Of a stretch of DNA of 39,245 nt, positions 14,807-22,283 are shown piece by piece. The stretch comes from an uncultured Candidatus Saccharibacteria bacterium. Its GTDB lineage: Bacteria > Patescibacteriota > Minisyncoccia > Phycocordibacterales > SBAW01. The stretch's first letter is position 1. Every line of letters begins with the position of its first letter. A program made the position numbers and the translations under genes. The notes below the pieces were generated by a model. The model did no database searches and had not been told where the DNA came from. It worked only from the letters and a program-made list of their open reading frames with translations. The stretch is from contig CAYGIN010000001.1 in NCBI GenBank assembly GCA_964349995.1, positions 1 to 39,245 on the forward strand. The letters run 5' to 3'.

Positions 14807-16385
14807 GAGTGTCTATTAGAGGTTGCATTACTTTATTGTGCGCCTGGATATGCATCGACAAAAGCTCGTCGAGAGAGTACATGTTTTGCAAATCGCGTCG
14901 ATAGGAGAGTAGCGTAAACCCTGTTGGAGGAACTTCATGCTTGGCCACCCCATAAAATAGAGTCGTGTCTCTTCCGAAGGGCCCTGTTTCGTTTGCAAGC
15001 AGTAAAAGTGGTGAAATACCACTGCGAATCATGGCAAATACGTTGGTCCGATAGGAATCAAATACTGCGGTTGTGTACGTACTTGCCTGGAGATCGTCAA
15101 AATACCCAATCATCAGTTCAAATCCAGCGCTACGCGTTTTTGCCTGAAGAGAAAGATCGCGTAGCCTGTGCACCTCTTTTTTTGAACCAAGAAAAAAGAT
15201 GAGGTCTGCGTCAGTTGTGTTTGCAAGGAGCGTGTCGATTTGTGCAATAAGGGCGTCGTAGGTTCCTTGAGAAAGAACCTCATGGGTTAAGAAGATATTT
15301 TGGGCAACGAGTACATTGTGGACGAGGGGAGCGTATGCGCTACTTACCTGTGCAATGGGATTTTTTTGCAGGAGTGCATGCGCATTGTATATGGAAAGCA
15401 GGTCACCAAATTCGCGCCCGGAATCCTGGCAGATGTATACATTGAAAGGTTGATATGAATAGGGAATGCCCGTTGCATATAGCGCCTTACTGAAAGATAC
15501 GGATATTTTGGAGAGATCGTAAAAAAAAGTGTCGCTTAGCAAGGTGACATATACTGCTGTTGTCGATGAAAAGGCCGAAGTGTGAAGACTTACGTCGTAA
15601 TACGTTGGCGAGTACGATGCATAGCAGGAAGATGAGGAGAGCCCCACGGTTGCTGTGTCGCGAAGTCCTTTATTAGATTTCTCGGCGTAGCGGCGGAGTG
15701 CTGACTGAGCGTCCGCGATGGGTTGCGGTGCACGGGCTTGCAATGGAGACGCTATATTTTTTTGTGCAGGCGCACGCACGGAGGTCCATAGAACTTTTTC
15801 TGCACAGCTGGCATCTCTGCCTTCCGCGCACATAAATCGCCGCATCTCTTCTTCACGCATGACCGCAAGTTGCTCTTGCCCCTTTCTCAGGATTTCTGCA
15901 ACATAGGTCGAACTTGTAAATCCTTTGAATGATTGTAAGTTCAAAGGCATTCCAACAGACAAAAGAGCAATTGCATTTGCAAGGTCGTGGTCGTATGCAT
16001 CAAACAAAGACAAGAGAGCGTTGTGGTAGATTTTTGCATTTGAGGCCGATGCATCTGAGAGTACGTTGCGGCGAGCCTCTTCCGTGTTTGGGATGTGTGA
16101 AAGAAAATCCATCGGGTATGCACGTGTGTGGAGGACGCGACTTGGGTCATCTGAAAAAGGGAGCACGGAGATGGCGGTGGTTTTTTTGAATGCCTCAACC
16201 GCCTGTCTTGCCTCACTCACTGACATGCCAGGCATCGCGAGCATCGGGCTCAGTTCATGTATTCGGGCATAGGCGTCCCACCCGCCAATCTGCACTATAG
16301 ACGACGTGTTTTTTTGATATATACCAAGCCCCACAAAAACCAAAAATACCATAAGCAGTATGATGAATTTCTTTACGTGGCGCAT
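14781..16385 (-). CDS. N-terminally anchored hypothetical protein (534 aa), paralog of 18345..19919
   Basis: It has a single N-terminal TM helix. It is alignable by eye with the 524-aa paralog, for example FMCAEGRDASCAEK vs FACFEGDARSCESL, and IGYFDDLQASTY vs LGYFDDLQIGSY. Its 3' end overlaps the convergent gene by 26 nt. Confidence 0.85.
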   Translation of the reverse strand: MRHVKKFIILLMVFLVFVGLGIYQKNTSSIVQIGGWDAYARIHELSPMLAMPGMSVSEARQAVEAFKKTTAISVLPFSDDPSRVLHTRAYPMDFLSHIPNTEEARRNVLSDASASNAKIYHNALLSLFDAYDHDLANAIALLSVGMPLNLQSFKGFTSSTYVAEILRKGQEQLAVMREEEMRRFMCAEGRDASCAEKVLWTSVRAPAQKNIASPLQARAPQPIADAQSALRRYAEKSNKGLRDTATVGLSSSSCYASYSPTYYDVSLHTSAFSSTTAVYVTLLSDTFFYDLSKISVSFSKALYATGIPYSYQPFNVYICQDSGREFGDLLSIYNAHALLQKNPIAQVSSAYAPLVHNVLVAQNIFLTHEVLSQGTYDALIAQIDTLLANTTDADLIFFLGSKKEVHRLRDLSLQAKTRSAGFELMIGYFDDLQASTYTTAVFDSYRTNVFAMIRSGISPLLLLANETGPFGRDTTLFYGVAKHEVPPTGFTLLSYRRDLQNMYSLDELLSMHIQAHNKVMQPLIDTLTVRRAQE

Positions 16386-16392
16386 AGAAACA

Positions 16393-16400
16393 AGTATACT
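16393..16400. promoter_or_regulatory. Palindromic AGTATACT box centred in the 23-bp gap between divergent starts 16385 (-) and 16409 (+)
   Basis: It lies 7 nt and 8 nt from the two ATGs. TTTACG at 16372-16377 could serve as a -35 for the plus direction with a 17-nt spacer. Confidence 0.55.
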
Positions 16401-16408
16401 CTAGGTAC

Positions 16409-16600
16409 ATGACAAAGAAGTTTTTCCTCATGGTGGCGGTGATACTTTCTTTTTTTGGGGTAGGACTTTTTCCTTCGAAAGCCACTGACACTTTCTGCGC
16501 TCTTCCGACTAACGCTGAAGGTCTCTACTCTAAACAAACACAGGGTCAAACAAGCAATTCAGCCCGCGTCTATCAAGTCTGGTGTGGTGGTATTTTTTGA
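16409..16600 (+). CDS. Small exported precursor peptide B (63 aa) ending ...RVYQVWCGGIF
   Basis: MTKK followed by the hydrophobic core FFLMVAVILSFFGVGLF, then a polar body with two Cys. Its position and C-terminal motif match peptide A. Confidence 0.7.
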   Translation: MTKKFFLMVAVILSFFGVGLFPSKATDTFCALPTNAEGLYSKQTQGQTSNSARVYQVWCGGIF

Positions 16601-16624
16601 ATCTGATTAGTGTACACACGAGCA

Positions 16625-17062
16625 ATGCATGATGGCCACATAGTAACGCGGGTGGTTCCTGAGGATTGGACTGATGCGTCCTCGCGCATACTTTTTATGC
16701 CAAATGACGCTTCTTGGAACACGCTTGGACGTATGCTTGATGAGACACATCCTAAATGTATTGGGATTCTGCTTCCCCTCGTATCTCAATTGCATAGATA
16801 TGTGTATAGGGAAGCAAGAGCGCGTGGCATCACCGTTGCACTTGTTCCACCCTCAAACGCGATGGTACTCACAGGTCTTATGGAAGAGGTTCCTATTGAA
16901 GCAGTTGTCGCAGACGAACATGGCGCTCGTCTATTTGCTGAAGATCTTCAACACATGGGGCTTCTCTCGCGTGTCCGCGGTTGGCTCATTATTTCTCCTA
17001 AAGGAAAGGAGTCATCCTACGCACCTCAGTTTGGGGTTGTGTTTCGAGACTCATTTCTATGA
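16625..17062 (+). CDS. Cassette B partner protein (145 aa from ATG 16625; the ORF opens at GTG 16610)
   Basis: It is a paralog of 4603..5052, for example WNTLGRMLDETHPK vs WDALGRSLDAHKPQ, and VPIEAVVADEHGARLFAEDLQHMGLL vs VPIEAVLTTEEGAHAFVQDLQEAGML. TGA 17060-17062 overlaps ATG 17059. Confidence 0.75.
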   Translation: MHDGHIVTRVVPEDWTDASSRILFMPNDASWNTLGRMLDETHPKCIGILLPLVSQLHRYVYREARARGITVALVPPSNAMVLTGLMEEVPIEAVVADEHGARLFAEDLQHMGLLSRVRGWLIISPKGKESSYAPQFGVVFRDSFL

Positions 17063-18342
17063 CACCACTTTCTCGAGCTCTATCATTTGCGATTGAAAAT
17101 CCATATTCCGATTTTTATCGGAAGAAATATGGTGCTAAGTATCATGCATATATGCGGGGAAATTTTTCTAGCATCCCGCCACTTGTCCGCGACGATATTG
17201 ACGCGGTGCCACTGTATGAGCGCATTTTTGTTCCAAAGGAGATGGTGCACCTTGTTCGCTCAACATCAGGTTCCTCTGGGCGCCGCGTCACTGGATTCCC
17301 AATGGTCGAAGAACCTGACCTTGTGCAATTCCGCATATCAATTGGTTTTACAAAGGAGGAAGCAGAATCGGCGCGCTACTTCAGTTCTTATTTTAAAATG
17401 AATGAAGTATTCAGTCTCCTTTTATTTTCATTAGTAGGCGTTGTGCACGAGGTGGATCTCAGTGACGTCAACGGAGGTCGCGTCACTATGGTTGACATAA
17501 AATATCCAGAACTCACTGCGCGCCTTGCAAAAGAGGCACAGGCTGACGCGATTTTTATTTTTCCATCACCGCTGTTGCTGCTTGCGCCAGAGCTTACTCG
17601 GGCCGGTGTTGCGGGGCAGATTAAACTCATACTCCTTGTAGGGGAGCGCATGATTGAATCGCAGAGACTCGCTATCGTGGAAGCATTCCCAGATGCACGT
17701 ATTGAGAATATATATGCATCAACAGAATCCCAGGGCATTGCCGCACAGACCTGTCCGCTGTTTCATACAAAAAAACCGAACCTTATACATCCAAATAACA
17801 CCTATCTATTTGAGCTCCTGCCTTCGAGTGGAGACGAGAGCCTTCCGCTTTCTGTAGGGCAGGAAGGTGAGGTAGTCCTTACCACATTGCTTCCCGTGGT
17901 TTTTCCACTGATTCGTTTTAGAACCGGGGACTATGCTGTAGTTCGTCAAAACGGGCTGTGCGCGTGCGGTAGCCCTGCGCCCCTCGTTGAGATTCTTGGG
18001 CGTGTTGAACTTGATCGTATAAAAATCCCATTTGGAGGCATTAGCGTCGCTGCGCTTGAAGAAGCGGTGCGCTCCCTCCCTCTTCCCGTTAGGGATTTTA
18101 GCGCTGTATGGATTGAGAACGAAACTATTCCACGTCTTGCTATCTCTGTGTATACAGACGAAATAATTCCAAGCTCATTTGCAGATATTGTCGCGAAAGC
18201 GTTAAAGATAAATTCTGAGGAAAGCTACTTTGCTATTTGGGGAAAAGGTGCGGTTGGGGAGTTAACGCTTGCCCGGGAGGAAGTTTCGTCACTGGAGTTT
18301 CTTCGCTCGGGTAAACGGAAACGATTACATATTCAACGATAG
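17059..18342 (+). CDS. PaaK/F390-synthetase-like adenylate-forming ligase, cassette B (427 aa)
   Basis: Motifs: STSGSSGRR, ASTESQG, FRTGD, CACGSP...GRVELDR, and C-terminal GKRKR. It has the same length as the cassette A ligase. Confidence 0.85.
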   Translation: MTPLSRALSFAIENPYSDFYRKKYGAKYHAYMRGNFSSIPPLVRDDIDAVPLYERIFVPKEMVHLVRSTSGSSGRRVTGFPMVEEPDLVQFRISIGFTKEEAESARYFSSYFKMNEVFSLLLFSLVGVVHEVDLSDVNGGRVTMVDIKYPELTARLAKEAQADAIFIFPSPLLLLAPELTRAGVAGQIKLILLVGERMIESQRLAIVEAFPDARIENIYASTESQGIAAQTCPLFHTKKPNLIHPNNTYLFELLPSSGDESLPLSVGQEGEVVLTTLLPVVFPLIRFRTGDYAVVRQNGLCACGSPAPLVEILGRVELDRIKIPFGGISVAALEEAVRSLPLPVRDFSAVWIENETIPRLAISVYTDEIIPSSFADIVAKALKINSEESYFAIWGKGAVGELTLAREEVSSLEFLRSGKRKRLHIQR

Positions 18343-18344
18343 AA

Positions 18345-19919
18345 TTATTGAAGTATTGTGCGTCGCGCTTTCAATTCAGTAATAAGGTCAGAAAAAGCTT
18401 TATGACGTGCGACGATATCCGCAGCAAATAGCTGGCGCTCATTTAAAAATCCTGCTTGGTGTACGAGAGTCGTTGAGAGCGGTCGGATGGGAATTTCTGA
18501 ATCCTTAAACGGGTCAATACTGTATATGCGTTTACTCAGCAGGGAGTGTCCACTTGGAAACACCGTCTCATTATCAAGCGCATATAACTGCGACAGTCCA
18601 CCGCGCGTAATAAGAAAAACACTCGGAGGGGAGGGGTTTAACCTGTATGGAATGTAGCTTCCTATTTGCAAGTCATCAAAATACCCAAGTACTAAATCAA
18701 GGCTTGAACTTTTTGCCCGAGCTTCAGTTACCCGCTCTGCAAGTTTTATCACCTCCTCTCTCCCAAGGCTTTGTATGAGGGAGGTAGGGTCTGTTTTCCG
18801 TATTGTAAATATGGCAGCGTTAAGATATGCGTTGTACTCATGTTCTTGAAGCAACAACGGTCGCATAGAGAATTTCTCGGAAGCAGTTTGAAGATCACGG
18901 AGGGTTCTTGTGGAGAAACCTGTCGGCGTACTCGGCGCGCTGAGTAGCGTCTTGGACAGATTTGCCATGCCGAGAATCCTCCCCACATCCATACCGAAAT
19001 CTGGGCACATATATGCATTAAATGGCTGGAATGTAAGAGTTACGCCTGACGCATGCAAAAGCTTGTAGAATGGGTGAGTGCTTGATGCGGTGTTTTCAAC
19101 ATAGAGCCGGTTGAGATACACGACGTGTGCCCCAGGCACTTCAGAGAGCCGCGATGGTTGCACTGTAAGCGCAAAATATGCTGGCGTATCATTAAAACAC
19201 GAAGAATTTTCGATTACGAATATAGGAGAGGTTTCAATTGAAGGGTATATGACAGAAAGTGGATATGTATTCTTTTGAACAACTTCCGTTTCGTATGTTC
19301 TGTTGCTGGTTTGATATAGTTCGCCGAAATTAAATTGTAGCTGTAGTAGTGATTCGCATGAACGTGCGTCTCCCTCAAAACAGGCAAACCTCCGGTCCTC
19401 TTTCTTCAATGCAGTAGCGTTGGCGCGCAGTGCTTCTGTAAGTATTGTTTGAACAGAGTCTCCGGTATTTTGGCCACTGAAGTATTGATACACGTTTGGA
19501 TTTTTATCCAAAGAAAGTACTGCGTCAGCCCCATGAAGGTCGTGTTCATGTGCCAGAAGGAGCGCATATAGTTTTTCATGGTACGTTCTTGCATGAGCAG
19601 GAGAAGGGTCTGCAATAAGTACTCGACGCGCTTCTTCAGCTTCGGGAAGCGTCCTTAAAAAACGGAAAGGGTAGATAGCTTCTTTTGCCTCCTTGTTTTC
19701 AGGGAACATGGGTACGGCTGCTTTTGCAGATAGTTCGAAAGCATCCAGAGCTTTTCGAAACGCACGCATATCGGTCCCAGGGAACGCGTATAGTGGGTCA
19801 AGTAATTGACGGTTGGCGTATTCCACAGCAGCTCTCTGAGGGTCAGACATAGTATGTTGCAATAGAACCGCAACAATACCCATTGCACACAACAGAATTA
19901 CAACTTTTAGTGTCCGCAT
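18345..19919 (-). CDS. N-terminally anchored hypothetical protein (524 aa), paralog of 14781..16385
   Basis: It has a single N-terminal TM helix. Its stop lies 2 nt from the ligase B stop (convergent), and its start lies 8 nt from the palindromic box at 19928. Confidence 0.85.
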   Translation of the reverse strand: MRTLKVVILLCAMGIVAVLLQHTMSDPQRAAVEYANRQLLDPLYAFPGTDMRAFRKALDAFELSAKAAVPMFPENKEAKEAIYPFRFLRTLPEAEEARRVLIADPSPAHARTYHEKLYALLLAHEHDLHGADAVLSLDKNPNVYQYFSGQNTGDSVQTILTEALRANATALKKEDRRFACFEGDARSCESLLQLQFNFGELYQTSNRTYETEVVQKNTYPLSVIYPSIETSPIFVIENSSCFNDTPAYFALTVQPSRLSEVPGAHVVYLNRLYVENTASSTHPFYKLLHASGVTLTFQPFNAYMCPDFGMDVGRILGMANLSKTLLSAPSTPTGFSTRTLRDLQTASEKFSMRPLLLQEHEYNAYLNAAIFTIRKTDPTSLIQSLGREEVIKLAERVTEARAKSSSLDLVLGYFDDLQIGSYIPYRLNPSPPSVFLITRGGLSQLYALDNETVFPSGHSLLSKRIYSIDPFKDSEIPIRPLSTTLVHQAGFLNERQLFAADIVARHKAFSDLITELKARRTILQ

Positions 19920-19927
19920 TACTTTAA

Positions 19928-19935
19928 AGTATACT
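19928..19935. promoter_or_regulatory. Palindromic AGTATACT box centred in the 23-bp gap between divergent starts 19919 (-) and 19943 (+)
   Basis: It lies 8 nt and 7 nt from the two ATGs. Confidence 0.55.
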
Positions 19936-19942
19936 AAATTGC

Positions 19943-21190
19943 ATGCAAACGCCTCTATGGGTTTCTAAATTCATTCCACATTTGGTCGTGGGGTTTCTTT
20001 TTTTTGGCCTAGTTATGTACGGTATATACGGAGGAATTCCAGCAGAATACCCAGAACTTTCAAAAACATATTGGAATAGTGCAACCTTTGAACAACTTAG
20101 ACACAATTTTACTGACATAGCAGATGAGAAGGGCGCACTATACGCGTTTGAGATACTGCGCCGTGCACCACTGCCTCCACAAACAGATGTCCACCTGCTT
20201 GGGCATGTTATTGGGGACAAGTTATATAAAGAGTATGGAGAAGATGCGATCCAATTTTGTACGAGCGAATTTAGGAATGCTTGTTCACATACAGTCGTTG
20301 TTGGGCTCTTGCTCGACTACGGACCCAGCGCGCTCGACGATATTGGAGAGTCGTGTAAAAAAGCCCCCGGCGGCATCGGCGCGTACACGATGTGCTTTCA
20401 TGGGTTGGGGCACGGCGTACTTGCGTATGAACAGTATGATGTAGAAAAAACTATCGCATTGTGCAAAAAAACTGGGACTGCAGAGTATCATAATGAAGAG
20501 TACGCGCAGTGTGTAGGCGGAGCGATTATGGAAGCAATTTCGGGGGGCGGGCATGACAGGGTGGCGTGGGAGAAGGCTCGACCTCTCTATCTCAACACTC
20601 GGGACCCGCTTTCGCCCTGCAACCGGAGCTTTATGCCAGACGAGGTTCGCAGTTTTTGCTACATATATATTACTCCCCATTTAGTCGAGGCAGCTGGAGG
20701 TGACATGAACCATCCGGACCCCGCAGTATTTCCAAAAGCCTTTTCATTTTGCAGGGCGCTCCCTCAATCTGACAGAAACAGAGAGGTGTGTATGAACGGT
20801 TTTGGGAAAGAGTTTGTCGGATGGGCGAGACAAAGCGACGGACGCTCCATCACGACGCTGACTGATCAAGAAATGGAACTGAGCTCCTCATGGTGTGCAC
20901 TTTCTGGCACCGCAGAGGACACGCGGTATTGTCTCCAGGGAATACAATCGTATATTTATTGGGGAGGGGAAAATGACCCTCATTCGTCAGTCCGCTTTTG
21001 TTCACTGCTGAGCAAACAAAGCAAGGAAGCTGTGGCGATTTGTAATGCGGATTTAGCGCGACTTATTGCAAAATATGTTCCTGACACCAATACACGGAGC
21101 GCAACCTGCGCGTTATTGCCGGCGGATGTACAACACGAGTGTTTGACGTATGAATTACTATGGAACGGCCAACTCGACCTCTTACACTGA
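19943..21190 (+). CDS. Cys/His-rich repeat protein, family member 2 (415 aa)
   Basis: It has a TM anchor, HLLGHVIGDK, MCFHGLGHGVLAY, and about seven C-x(7-15)-C-x-x-G units. Confidence 0.85.
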   Translation: MQTPLWVSKFIPHLVVGFLFFGLVMYGIYGGIPAEYPELSKTYWNSATFEQLRHNFTDIADEKGALYAFEILRRAPLPPQTDVHLLGHVIGDKLYKEYGEDAIQFCTSEFRNACSHTVVVGLLLDYGPSALDDIGESCKKAPGGIGAYTMCFHGLGHGVLAYEQYDVEKTIALCKKTGTAEYHNEEYAQCVGGAIMEAISGGGHDRVAWEKARPLYLNTRDPLSPCNRSFMPDEVRSFCYIYITPHLVEAAGGDMNHPDPAVFPKAFSFCRALPQSDRNREVCMNGFGKEFVGWARQSDGRSITTLTDQEMELSSSWCALSGTAEDTRYCLQGIQSYIYWGGENDPHSSVRFCSLLSKQSKEAVAICNADLARLIAKYVPDTNTRSATCALLPADVQHECLTYELLWNGQLDLLH

Positions 21191-21200
21191 ATATATACGT

Positions 21201-22274
21201 ATGTTTCATATGAGCCTACATATACAAAAAAAATACAGCATTGGCCTGTTGTGCGGAGTGGTTGTCGTACTTGGTGGAATGTTTGTGTACTCCCACTTTG
21301 TATCCGCGTCAGTGCCGGTGTTTAACTTGAATTCACGTGAGGGCCTTGCACAGGCGGAATTATTTTGGAATGAAGAAATCTCTCGTGTGGGAGGAGAAAA
21401 AGCGTACATGGAATTTTCGCGGGCCTATGCAAGTTCGACACCTCAATATCAACACACAGCCGCTCATATTTTTGGAGGGAGTTTATACACGAAGGTTGGA
21501 GTGTCCGGGCTTTCCGTGTGCGACGATTCTTTTTCATACGGTTGTTTCCACGAATTTCTTGCCCGCGCTATACAGGAGGAAGGACTCGGTGCTGTAAATA
21601 TGCTCAATGAAGGGTGTTTTCAGGCGCTTGGTCCCGGAAAGTCACTTTCCTGCGCGCACGGGCTTGGCCATGGAATCCAATCATATCTTGGGTATACGGA
21701 CGATGCATTGAGAAAGGGTCTTGAAATTTGCAAAACATTGCCGTATGCAGACCCAATAGGTGGCTGCCCGGGGGGATTATTTATGGAATACAACATGCGC
21801 ACCATGCACTCGTTTTCCGGTATGCCAATAAGAAGCGCTGATGTTGGGGGCATGCAACACCCTTGTGATATTCTCAAAAAAGAAGATAGGGCGGTTTGTT
21901 ATTATTGGCAACCGCAGTGGTGGATTCAGCTTTTTAAGAGTCAAGGAAAGGATGTCACCGATGTATTTGTTGAAGTAGGTCGCTTGTGTGGCAGTATAGC
22001 TGAAAACTTACATAAACAATGTTTTGAAGGTGTGGGAACGGTCGTCGGAATGTCAGTGAAATATGATGTTCCACAAACGATAGCCCTCTGTGACGTAGTG
22101 TCAGTGCGAGAAAATGAAAGAAGTTCCTGTAGGGTAAGCGCCGCGGGTTCTTTTTTTGGAGAGCTTTCTGCACGGAAGAATGCACCTCTTTTGTGTGTTG
22201 GACTTGTAGAACCTTGGTACACAACATGTGGTGCGGTTGCGGTGGGGAAAGGAGAAATCCCGTCTACTCGTTGA
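21201..22274 (+). CDS. Cys/His-rich repeat protein, family member 3
   Basis: It has a TM anchor and the motifs SCAHGLGHGIQSY and GCPGGLFMEY. I preferred start ATG 21201 (or 21210) over ATG 21150, because the shorter N-terminus matches the paralogs and avoids a 41-nt overlap. Confidence 0.8.
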   Translation: MFHMSLHIQKKYSIGLLCGVVVVLGGMFVYSHFVSASVPVFNLNSREGLAQAELFWNEEISRVGGEKAYMEFSRAYASSTPQYQHTAAHIFGGSLYTKVGVSGLSVCDDSFSYGCFHEFLARAIQEEGLGAVNMLNEGCFQALGPGKSLSCAHGLGHGIQSYLGYTDDALRKGLEICKTLPYADPIGGCPGGLFMEYNMRTMHSFSGMPIRSADVGGMQHPCDILKKEDRAVCYYWQPQWWIQLFKSQGKDVTDVFVEVGRLCGSIAENLHKQCFEGVGTVVGMSVKYDVPQTIALCDVVSVRENERSSCRVSAAGSFFGELSARKNAPLLCVGLVEPWYTTCGAVAVGKGEIPSTR

Positions 22275-22283
22275 GTTACTATT

